Notes under the pieces: generated by a model
Database searches by the model: none
What the model saw: only the letters and a program-made list of their open reading frames with translations
What the model was told of the DNA's origin: nothing
Position numbers and translations under genes: made by a program
DNA from: Acidimicrobiia bacterium
GTDB lineage: Bacteria; Actinomycetota; Acidimicrobiia; Spongiisociales; ZC4RG35
Length of the DNA: 64,000 nt
Direction: 5' to 3'
Assembly: GCA_965248705.1 (NCBI GenBank)
Contig: CBDFJY010000002.1
Span: 1,715,384-1,779,383 of the forward strand
Part shown: piece after piece, positions 9,562 through 17,858 of the stretch
Position numbering within the stretch: position 1 is the first letter of the stretch
Layout: every line of letters starts with the position of its first letter

Positions 9562-10392
9562 CTATTCCAAGATCTGTTGAGAACTGTAATCGGCGCCTCC
9601 AACCGTTATCAGCGTTCTTGAGGATCGCGTCTCAAGAATCGGCAAGGACGCCAGCGCGTTGACAATGTTGAATAACGTCGGGAGGTCCTCCCACGTCGAC
9701 TTATAAAAAGATACAGACCCTTCCCCGGTCCAGGCTTCTTTGAGATAGGGACTCAGGTCGGGAGGAGGCGTAAACGTGACGTACTCGACATCATGTTCCC
9801 CCCAGTCGTGGGTCCGAGGCAGGTATTTGTAGAGGAGAATACCCTGTTGGTTCATGGCTAAGTCGGCCATCTCGTCGTCGTCCAACTTGGTTTGCTCACG
9901 AACCGTCATCGACATAAACTGGTGTCCGAGCCAACCCGCGCTACAAAGTATCCTACCGTCCAGATGACGCGGCTCAGGAAGTTCCCCGTAGATCTTCGGG
10001 TATCCCAGTTCCTCGCGGCCGGTGATAATCGGGTCAGTTAGGTTCTCCCACAGTACCATGAGGAAAGAGCCCGAGGTATTAGTCCGTTCACCACGAAAGA
10101 CAACTGGACAAGTGACCCCAAGCGTGTTGTATCCGCGTCCCGCCAGCCACTCAATGTTAGTGATGTAGCTCGCCGTTACGGTGACGACCGGCTCACCAGC
10201 GACATCGAATCTGGGCGGAAGTAACTTGTTCAACGCTTCAGGCGTAGTACGAAATCTGACCGAATACATCGTCTTGTTGGGACTGCTTGTGTTCGTGTAC
10301 CGGTTTCCATCTACCCCCTGTCGGGGACCTAAGCTCGGGCCGAAGTGGGTCGGCATCCTGTACATCTGGCCTGGTTCAAAACTGTATGGCAC
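9562..10392 (-). CDS. Acetoacetate decarboxylase (ADC) family protein
   Basis: 276 aa. The N-terminus (MYRMPTHFGPSLGPRQG) and overall length are typical of the ADC-like family. Confidence 0.65.
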   Translation of the reverse strand: MPYSFEPGQMYRMPTHFGPSLGPRQGVDGNRYTNTSSPNKTMYSVRFRTTPEALNKLLPPRFDVAGEPVVTVTASYITNIEWLAGRGYNTLGVTCPVVFRGERTNTSGSFLMVLWENLTDPIITGREELGYPKIYGELPEPRHLDGRILCSAGWLGHQFMSMTVREQTKLDDDEMADLAMNQQGILLYKYLPRTHDWGEHDVEYVTFTPPPDLSPYLKEAWTGEGSVSFYKSTWEDLPTLFNIVNALASLPILETRSSRTLITVGGADYSSQQILE

Positions 10393-10650
10393 CGGTGTCT
10401 CTCCTCAATGTAGAGCGCAGGACTCTCGTGAATGGTCGCCGTCTTGGCCGGGCGAGTTGGTCCTAGACCCGAGAGCCATCAGAACCCGTCGATACAGTGT
10501 CCACAGTTCCGAGGATCAAGGCTTCTTTCGCAAAGACCCTTATGGGATAGGTACCGTATAGTAGCACCCATTGCTCTGAGGACCTTGGTGTGACCGACCT
10601 CAAACTCGGTCCCGACAACGAGCAGGCACTCGCCTGAGTCGTCCACCATC

Positions 10651-10786
10651 CGGGTGAGCGCCATGCGGCAGGAGCTGCCCGTGGCGGTCTCCGTCTCCGA
10701 CGACTGCGGAGGCATCCCGGCGGAGAGACTGCCCCACCTGTTTCGGAAGTTCTCCCGCCATCGACGCCGAGCAGCAGGGGGGCGAC
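10651..10786 (+). repeat. 136-bp histidine-kinase HATPase fragment; left copy of a direct repeat pair
   Basis: Encodes RVSAMRQELPVAVSVSDDCGGIPAERLPHLFRKFSR (G1-box region). It matches 37952-38086 with 2 substitutions and a 1-nt indel. Confidence 0.85.
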
Positions 10787-11007
10787 GCCTTCGTTCTGGC
10801 CCCTTTGAGCGAGACCTTCGGATAAGAGCCAAGGCCAAAATCCCGTCGTCTTCCTTGTACGGTTCCTCTCCATACCCACCGTTTGCCTCCGGTGGGAAAG
10901 ACCCTCAGAATGGAGCCCGTTTCCGTCGCGGTGTGATCCTGGCCCGGGCGAAACGCGCGGCGTTTTTGGGATAGGTCTGCTTTCGCAGCCACAGTTGCGG
11001 CGGGCAT
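10787..11007 (-). pseudogene. N-terminal stump of a P4-type tyrosine integrase (DUF4102 arm-binding region)
   Basis: LSQKRRAFRPGQDH...GSILRVFPTGGKRWVWRGTVQGRRRDFGLGSYPKVSLKGAR matches the pattern G-S-K-S-W-x-F-R-Y..GKRR-x-x-GLGSYP-x-VSLAEAR. The reading frame ends at the repeat boundary (10786), and there is no catalytic domain. Confidence 0.6.
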
Positions 11008-11084
11008 CAGGGAATTTGGGCTCCAGTTAGTTGCGTGTCTGCCGGGGCTCCCGAAAGAGATGGGACCGCGGCAGGACGGAGGCC

Positions 11085-11480
11085 CTACTCTTCCATGTTT
11101 ATAACTATGTTGTCCGGTCCGCGGGCCAGGAACTGTTCCGACGGTACGTCGTAGGGATTTTCCTCGATGTGCCACATGTGGGCAGGCACGAATAGATAGT
11201 CGCCTGGTCCGGCCTCTACCCATTCCTTGAAGTCCTCGCCATAGTAGACTCGGACGTGGCCAGAAATGACGTACGCGGCGGTCTCGGCCTCGCCGTGCAT
11301 GTGGGGCGGACCCTTGTGATTGGGCTCTGAGGTGACAGTGCCGAACCAGATCTTGCTGGCGCCTACCGATGACCCGTCGATTGCGGGACGGCGGACCAGG
11401 CCGGGAGTCTGTGCCGTGTCGGTTGGCGGCCGGGTGCCGCGGACCACCTTCGGGACTTTGAGTTCAGTTTTCGTTGCCAA
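11085..11480 (-). CDS. Cupin domain protein
   Basis: 131 aa. Cupin motifs GPPHMHGEAETAAYVISG and GDYLFVPAHMWH. Confidence 0.75.
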   Translation of the reverse strand: MATKTELKVPKVVRGTRPPTDTAQTPGLVRRPAIDGSSVGASKIWFGTVTSEPNHKGPPHMHGEAETAAYVISGHVRVYYGEDFKEWVEAGPGDYLFVPAHMWHIEENPYDVPSEQFLARGPDNIVINMEE

Positions 11481-11658
11481 AGTTTGGCCTCCTCGTACGC
11501 CTATGCGCCGCGGCCGACGCGGGGTTATCGTATGTTCGCTTCGATGGTTAGCTTACAGGCACTCGCCGCGCAGGTTGTGAGAATGCGCCGTGATTATGCG
11601 GATGGGGGCGACAAGGGGGCGGGTCTAAATGTTTCGTCGGTATTCGCGATCGACCGAT

Positions 11659-12510
11659 TCACAAGTCGTCTCCCGGGAATATAGCCTGCCTGCCAAGTTG
11701 CGGCCAGGCGGCAGGCGCGGCGGCCTTGTCGAGCCGCTGTTCTATGGGCAAGCTCTCGTCCCAGTAGTGGGCAATCAGGCGCATTCCGTTGGTCCCGTCC
11801 GACTCCTCGGACGCGAGCCACACCGCGGGCCCGTTCATCACTTCCGGCCGCATGAGGATCGCCCGCCCCACCGCGATGTCATCGGGAATGATGTGGGTGT
11901 CGGTCTGGCCGCCGGGGACGAGTACGTTGGCGGTTACTCCGGTCCCCTCCAATTCACGGGACATGAGAGCGACGAGCGCCTCGTGGCTTGCCTTGGATGG
12001 GCCGTAGGGGCACATGCCCGGCCGGTACATGGTGTCGACGCTGGTCGTGACGCCTATTATCCGACCCCATCCCTGGTCGAGCATGTGGCCCACTGCCGCT
12101 CGGGCCATGAAGAACGATCCGCTGGAATTGACAGCGATGATCCTGCTCCACGACTCGGGAGTGATGTCCCAGAACTTGGGAAGATTGCCGCCGGCGAGAT
12201 CCGCAAGGTTGATCGTTCCAGCGTTGTTGATCAGCACGTGAAGCCCGCCGAGCCCGGCTATCGTCTTGCGGACAGCGTCCTCCACGCTTTCGGGGTCTGA
12301 GATATCGCAGACCAAGTCCAGGACACAGTCGTCCCCACCGGCCGCTCGGACATCGCCTGCGGACTGCTCCAGCCACTCTTCGTTGATGTCCAGCATCGCG
12401 ACGCGTGCCCCGGCCTGCACCAGGGCAAACGTGATGGCGCGGCCCATGCCGATGGGGCTGCCGGCGCCGGTAACGATTGCGACTTTTCCGTTTAGCGGTT
12501 TGTGTTGCAT
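11659..12510 (-). CDS. SDR-family oxidoreductase
   Basis: 283 aa. GKVAIVTGAGSPIGMG Rossmann motif, NNAG, and a Y-x-x-x-K region (YGPSKASHEAL). Confidence 0.85.
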   Translation of the reverse strand: MQHKPLNGKVAIVTGAGSPIGMGRAITFALVQAGARVAMLDINEEWLEQSAGDVRAAGGDDCVLDLVCDISDPESVEDAVRKTIAGLGGLHVLINNAGTINLADLAGGNLPKFWDITPESWSRIIAVNSSGSFFMARAAVGHMLDQGWGRIIGVTTSVDTMYRPGMCPYGPSKASHEALVALMSRELEGTGVTANVLVPGGQTDTHIIPDDIAVGRAILMRPEVMNGPAVWLASEESDGTNGMRLIAHYWDESLPIEQRLDKAAAPAAWPQLGRQAIFPGDDL

Positions 12511-12824
12511 GTCGACTTTCTCAGTTCGTGTGCGTATTCGAATACTTGACTTGCCGTCACCGATGTTCGAGAAAAGGCGTCCAAAGGGCCACCGACGGAA
12601 TGAGCACTAATCAGTTTACGAGGGTGGGACGGCGGCGTGACCCAGCCCAGTCTCATATTCTGGACGCGTATGTCTCATCCCTGACTGGCGGGGACGCTGC
12701 TCTCGGGCTGGCTGGAGATGATATGCAGTTGACCCGCATACTTCAGGACGATGGGCGCGCCCGATTTCGAGCCCGATGTCACCAGAGAAGGTCGCAGCGG
12801 CGGCAGGGGGCGACATCTCCTACT

Positions 12825-12940
12825 GGCCCTCCGCGGTTTTTTGGGATTTGGGTTGCTGGATGGGTGGTGGGGGTCATGTTAGTAGGAGTCCGCGGGCGGC
12901 GTAGTTGTGTGGGTTGGTGAAGTGATGGTCCTCCGGAAAA
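12825..12940 (-). mobile_element. ISL3 3-prime end remnant (terminal ~110 bp only)
   Basis: ggccctccgcggttttttgggatttgggttgctggatgggtggtgggggtcatgttagtaggagtccgcgggcggcgtagtt aligns with the right end of the intact ISL3 (17859-17960). Confidence 0.6.
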
Positions 12941-12951
12941 CTCGGAGCGGT

Positions 12952-13374
12952 TCAATCTACATGTACCAGTTCGCCTGGGCAGTCTCTCACATAACGGATA
13001 GGAACTCCGGTGGTGCGGACCAGGTCGGAGAGGCGGGACAGACCACGACGGCGGAGCACCCGGTAGATGGTCGAGCGGGGTACACCCACCCGTCCGGCCA
13101 TCAAGTGAGGGCCTTCCTTCTCTCGGATCCGATCCTCCACAATCAGTTCTTCCACCCCACCAGGAACCTGGTTGGGACTTTGACGAGGACGCGACGAGTG
13201 ATCCTGGAGGCCGGCTTCGCCTTCCTCCCGCCAGCGCCGCAGCCACCGATAGGCGGTCTGGCGGGACACACCCACCGATTCGGCGGCGTGAGCTACCGGC
13301 CACCCCTCCACAAGAATCCGATCCACCACCAACCTACGTCCGAACGGTGTCAACCTTGCCCTACAGTATCCCAT
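12952..13374 (-). mobile_element. IS481-family transposase, N-terminal HTH part only (truncated before the DDE domain)
   Basis: 140 aa: LTPFGRRLVVDRILVEGWPVAHAAESVGVSRQTAYRWLRRW...SSRP...ending PGELVHVD, which is where the catalytic core normally begins. It abuts the ISL3 remnant. Confidence 0.7.
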
Positions 13375-13476
13375 TGAGGGCCTCCTCTGATTCGCGGATA
13401 TTGGTTACCCACAAATCAAACTAGGAGGCCCTCACTCATCCAAGCATTCCGTCAACCACGTCCCTGGGAAGCACAT

Positions 13477-13809
13477 CTAGATGGTTAGTTCCAAGGGGTT
13501 AGTGGTCGTATGCGATGAGGGAGTGGGCGGTCCTGGTTGTTGGGTGGTTTCGTTGTACCAGATGGTGGCGATGAGCGCGAGGATTCGTTGCAGGACGCGT
13601 GCGGCGATGCCTGGTGGGGTAAGGCCGCCGTGGCGTTCGAGGTTGAGTTGGGCTTTGAGGGTTTGGATCACTGATTCGATGATCTGGCGGAAGGGTTTTA
13701 GGAACCGCCGCCCGTCTCGGGCAGGTTCTGATTTGATGGCTGGTCGAATGAGAGTGATACCGGCTTTGAGGCGCCGAGGCTGGGAGTCAACGGATAAGAG
13801 AGTCGTCAT
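13477..13809 (-). mobile_element. C-terminal fragment of an IS982-like DDE transposase
   Basis: FRQIIESVIQTLKAQLNLERHGGLTPPGIAARVLQRILALIATIWYN resembles the IS982-family C-terminus. No N-terminal part is present. Confidence 0.5.
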
Positions 13810-13837
13810 TTGTAAAGGAAGGCAACTGTACGGCTGT

Positions 13838-14257
13838 CTATTCTGCTGGTGTGTCGTCAGGCTTGTTGATCAAGTGGGTGGCGGCGTTGTCAAAGTGCTC
13901 AAACATGACAGCCCGGATCTCAGCAGGCAGCGGTCGGCCGGTGCCGTCGGCGAGCCTGGCTCTGTCGAGAGAGGCAGTCATGTGTACCATCCACGCCTCG
14001 CGTTCGGCCCAGCCGATGTTGAAGGGCAGGTGGCGCATCCGCAGACGCGGGTGGCCCCGCATCTCGCTGTAAAGCGGCGGGCCGCCCCAGTACTCGGCCA
14101 AGAAGCCGGCCAGTCGCGCCTTGGAGTGCCGCAGGTCCTTCGGATACATGGGCCGCAGCCGCGAGTCGCCCTCCACGGCCTCGTAGAAACGGTTGACAAG
14201 ATTGTCGAAGAAGCTCTGGCCTCCCACCGCCTCGTACACAGTAGGAGGCGCCTGCAT
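13838..14257 (-). CDS. Group-II truncated hemoglobin (GlbO-like)
   Basis: 139 aa. TVYEAVGG..FF..LV..FY..V..D..LRPMYP..DL...RL..FL..YWGGP..YS..RGHPRLRMRH.PF.I is the classic trHbO pattern. Confidence 0.85.
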   Translation of the reverse strand: MQAPPTVYEAVGGQSFFDNLVNRFYEAVEGDSRLRPMYPKDLRHSKARLAGFLAEYWGGPPLYSEMRGHPRLRMRHLPFNIGWAEREAWMVHMTASLDRARLADGTGRPLPAEIRAVMFEHFDNAATHLINKPDDTPAE

Positions 14258-14787
14258 GGCCTGACCCGCGCAGGGTTACCCCCGCCGGGGGACCCTCGTC
14301 GCCATCCATGCTGTCAGACTCGCTCACGACCCTCAGCCTATAAGACTCTTCCATGTATTGATCACCTCTTAGGCGCCTCCAAGGTAAAGCCCTCAGAACC
14401 TCAGCAATTACCAGCAGGCAGAACGGCCAGACTGGTTCAATCCCTGGCGGGACTTCGGTCCATGGTGGGCGCAGTATGCGGACCGGTTGGCAGAGATGAA
14501 AGTGACCTTTGGTTTGTTGCACCAACCCGCCTTGGTTCTGCCCGGATACGCCAGTAAACCGGGACAGATGGCCACCTTGTTGGGGCCCGGGCCTTCGGCA
14601 AATTTGAGCCCTCTTCTGCCCTGGTCACCAGGCCAAATAGACCTACAAAGCCCTCCAGTTGGACTTCTTCGAAGTTGGAAACCTGAAGGGTAGGTTCCTC
14701 AGTTCCTTGTTCCACACGGCATAACAGAGTCAGCCTTTCGGGTAGCGGACGGGCGGCAGAACCCCGGTTGCGTTAGAATCGCTCGCC

Positions 14788-15299
14788 GTGGACCTGCGAA
14801 GATACATCCGTGACAGTCCCGATTTCCCCCAAAAGGGCGTGCTGTTTCGCGACATCACGCCACCACTCGGGGATCCGATGGCGTTCCGCTAAAGCATTGA
14901 CGAGTTATGTGTGCACGCGGCTCAACGGGACCCTTCCGCGATAGTGGGGATCGAATCGCGGGGGTTCGTGTTCGGGGCAGCGAGGGCGGACCGTGCAAAT
15001 CCCGTTCGTGCCGCTGCGGAAGCCCGGGAAGCTGCCAGCGGCGCGTCTCCCGATCGAGCATGCGCTGGAGTACGGCTACAGCCAGCTTGACATCCACGAG
15101 GACGCGTTGGCGGTGGGGAAGAGGGCGTACATCGTCGATGATCTTCTGGCAACGGGGGGAACGGCGGCCGCAGCCACCAAGCTGGTGGAGCTGGCGGGGG
15201 GAGAGGTCGTGGGGCTGGGGTTCGTCATCGAGCTGGAGGAGTTGGGTGCGCGGGCGAAGCTCGACGGTTTACGACGCCATGAGCATCGTCCGCTACTAG
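14788..15299 (+). pseudogene. apt: Adenine phosphoribosyltransferase, disrupted (one in-frame stop plus at least two frameshifts)
   Basis: GTG 14788 gives [34 protein letters not shown], then TAA (14890-14892). The same frame continues with [25 protein letters not shown]...[29 protein letters not shown] lies in a second frame (ORF 14993..). The canonical C-terminus [10 protein letters not shown]-stop lies in a third (ORF 14907..15299). Confidence 0.75.
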
Positions 15300-15725
15300 G
15301 GGCGGCCGTATTTCTCGCCTGCCGGGCTAGTTCGCTAGCGCCCTCCCTCGGATTTCGCTGAGCGTGGCGTGTGTTCTGGCGGGAGGGCGAGTGGCGGACC
15401 AAGTGATGGAGCACTTCTGTTGTCGATGTGGGGGGCCGTCAACTGTTGAACATAGTGCCTAGTAGAACGGCTGACAGCGCCGCTGGGTGGTTTCGCGCCC
15501 AATCCCGGGACGCTCTCGCGACTCGTCCGGGATACCTAACAGAACGATTAGACGTAAGAGTCCATCCTCTCAAGACGGAACGTCCCCATTGAACGCGGGG
15601 CGATTCACTTCCGCGATGTGGGGAGAGCCTCTCAGGACCAGAGGTAAGGTGGCTTGTGCAGGTCTGATCGGGGGTTTATAGTTCCATTTGAGAAGCGTTG
15701 ATATTTATCCTGGAGGTGGCTGACG

Positions 15726-16871
15726 ATGGCCGTTGATGACCTAAAGCCTAATGAGCAGGAGGCGCTTGAGCTTCTCCGGGCCAATGATGAGCGGGCGGCC
15801 GAGAGTCTCTTGGGGCTTGATGATGCCGGACGGGCTCGTGTGCTCGCCCTTATAAGTGGCTCGACTACGCCGGAATTATCTCCTACTTCGCCGAGCGATG
15901 TTGCGGCTGGCGGCTCGGACTCGGAGTCTGGGAAGTCTCTTGGTGTGCTCAGGCGAGCGCTGGGTGACAAGGGTTCGAAGATCGCTATGGCGGTGGTGGG
16001 TTTGCTGGTTATCGTGGTGGTGGTTGTGGTCAACAGCTTCGGGCAGCTTGATGTGCCGGGCGGGACTTTCGAAACGGTTTCCGCCGGTGGGTGGCATTCG
16101 TGTGGGGTGAGGACCGATGGCGAGGTGGTGTGCTGGGGAGACAACGAAGACGGGCAGCTTGAGGGTGTGCCGGGCGGGACTTTCGAAACGGTTTCCGCCG
16201 GTGGGGGGCATTCGTGTGGGGTGAGGACCGATGGCGAGGTGGTGTGCTGGGGAGACAACAGCTTCGGGCAGTTTGAGGGTGTGCCGGGCGGGACTTTCGA
16301 AACGGTTTCCGCCGGTGGGGGGCATTCGTGTGGGGTGAGGACCGATGGCGAGGTGGTGTGCTGGGGAGACAACAGCTTCGGGCAGTTTGAGGGTGTGCCG
16401 GGCGGGACTTTCGAAACGGTTTCCGCCGCTTATTTCCATTCGTGTGGGGTGAGGACCGATGGCGAGGTGGTGTGCTGGGGAGACAACCAATACGGGCAGC
16501 TTGAGGGTGTGCCGGGCGGGACTTTCAAAACGGTTTCCGCCGCTGGGGGGCATTCGTGTGGGGTGAGGACCGATGGCGAGGTGGTGTGCTGGGGAGACAA
16601 CAGCTTCGGGCAGCTTGAGGGTGTGCCGGGCGGGACTTTCGAAACGGTTTCCGCCGGTGAGGGGCATTCGTGTGGGGTGAGGACCGATGGCGAGGTGGTG
16701 TGCTGGGGAAACAACCAAGACGGGCAGCTTGAGGGTGTGCCGGGCGGGACTTTCGAAACGGTTTCCGCCGGTCATTTCCATTCGTGTGGGGTGAGGACCG
16801 ATGGCGAGGTGGTGTGCTGGGGAGACAACCAATACGGGCAGCTTGATGTGCCCCGGCGAGCGATTGCCTGA
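15726..16871 (+). CDS. Membrane-anchored RCC1-like repeat (predicted 7-bladed beta-propeller) protein
   Basis: 381 aa. TM helix IAMAVVGLLVIVVVVVV, then seven 38-aa repeats GGTFETVSAGGxHSCGVRTDGEVVCWGDNxxGQLEGVP carrying the RCC1 signature HSCG...G.V.CWG.N..GQ. Confidence 0.8.
   Translation: MAVDDLKPNEQEALELLRANDERAAESLLGLDDAGRARVLALISGSTTPELSPTSPSDVAAGGSDSESGKSLGVLRRALGDKGSKIAMAVVGLLVIVVVVVVNSFGQLDVPGGTFETVSAGGWHSCGVRTDGEVVCWGDNEDGQLEGVPGGTFETVSAGGGHSCGVRTDGEVVCWGDNSFGQFEGVPGGTFETVSAGGGHSCGVRTDGEVVCWGDNSFGQFEGVPGGTFETVSAAYFHSCGVRTDGEVVCWGDNQYGQLEGVPGGTFKTVSAAGGHSCGVRTDGEVVCWGDNSFGQLEGVPGGTFETVSAGEGHSCGVRTDGEVVCWGNNQDGQLEGVPGGTFETVSAGHFHSCGVRTDGEVVCWGDNQYGQLDVPRRAIA
16056..16853 (+). repeat. 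Seven tandem 114-bp near-identical coding repeats
   Basis: ccgggcgggactttc recurs at 16056, 16170, 16284, 16398, 16512, 16626 and 16740, with exact 114-nt periodicity. Confidence 0.95.
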
Positions 16872-17106
16872 CCACACATCAAGCAACGAAAAAGCACCCC
16901 TTCGACAATGATGATGCCCTGCTCCCGTACCGGTTGTGAGTATTAGCGTTGACCCATGAGTGGGGGAACATACGCCCTTCATGCCATACGACGAATTGGA
17001 GTTCCACCCAGATCGCGGAGAATTGATTATGGGTTTTGCTGGTTTCATCGTAGTAGTTGGCGGTGGTTGGACTTTCCCCGGTCTTCCGGACTCTTGTGGT
17101 CGGTGT

Positions 17107-17400
17107 TTATGCCACTTGTTGGTGGCGGTAGATCGCTGAGCTTTGGTTGTTTGTGTAGGAGTGTCTCCTTTCGGGGTTGTACCAGCCTTCGATTTATTCC
17201 AAGGTGGCTAGGGCAAATGTTTACTGGGTTAGCCAAGGCTGTCCATCGAGAACCTCGACTTGGTGGGTAGAAAGACCGACTCGACGACGGCTTGTTTCAG
17301 GCGTCGCCGGCGGTTCCGATTAAACCCATTGTCCCGGCCCGGCGGAGTTTCTTCCCGAACGCGCAAGAGCTGATTCTGGGTACCATGATCCAAGTCACAC
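17107..17400 (-). mobile_element. Degenerate C-terminal remnant of an IS3-family transposase (OrfB)
   Basis: The minus-strand translation ..VEVLDGQPWLTQ*TFALATLE*IEGWYNPERRHSYTNNQS.. has the WYNP-x-RRHS tail of IS3 integrase-core proteins, with in-frame stops. Confidence 0.5.
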
Positions 17401-17448
17401 ACCAGTCACAGCCCTCCTTTCCGGGGGATCACACCTCCAAATCAAATA

Positions 17449-17858
17449 GGCCCTTCGCGAAATCGTGGGATTGTGGTCTGGCTGGTTGGTGGTGGGGTTC
17501 ATGTTAGGAGGAGTCCTCGGGCGGCGTAGTTTTGGGGGTTTGTGAAGCCGTGGGCGGTTCTGCGGAGGGTTTGGATTAGGTTGTTGGTGCCTTCGAGGGG
17601 TCCGTTGGAACGGCGGCTGTGGTGCCAGTTCAGGATCTCGTCGGCCCAGTTCAATATGGTGTCCACGGTGTTGTGGTACTCGGGAATCTGGCCGGTTTCG
17701 TAGAGGTCGGCGAAGCGTTGGAGAGCGTCGAGGGCGCCTTGGAGGTCGTTGGCCTGATAGAGGCCGTAGAGCTCTTGTAGAGCGTCCCAAGCCACCCGAA
17801 GACGCGGATGAGCGGCGAATAGCCGGTCGAGGCGTCTCTGTTCGGTTCCAGTAAGGTG
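17449..17858 (-). repeat. 410-bp tandem partial duplicate of the ISL3 right end
   Basis: 17449-17859 matches 17859-18269 at a 410-nt offset. The only mismatch I saw is 17778 g versus 18188 a. Confidence 0.9.

Noticed and set aside
10463-11223. Overlapping minus-strand ORFs (138, 119 and 207 aa) as real genes
   Set aside because: Only the central ~73 codons of the 207-aa ORF carry integrase-like sequence. The rest is antisense to the kinase fragment or unstructured Arg/Pro-rich sequence.
15330-15344. 15-nt exact match gttcgctagcgccct, shared with 21538-21552
   Set aside because: It is a single short match with no extended similarity on either side. It is probably chance or a tiny relic and does not support a feature.
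15632-17048. Long minus-strand ORFs (246, 390, 116 and 94 aa) with repetitive sequence
   Set aside because: They are antisense translations of the 114-bp RCC1 repeats, so the periodicity is inherited from the plus strand. The plus-strand frame carries the RCC1 signature and a TM anchor.
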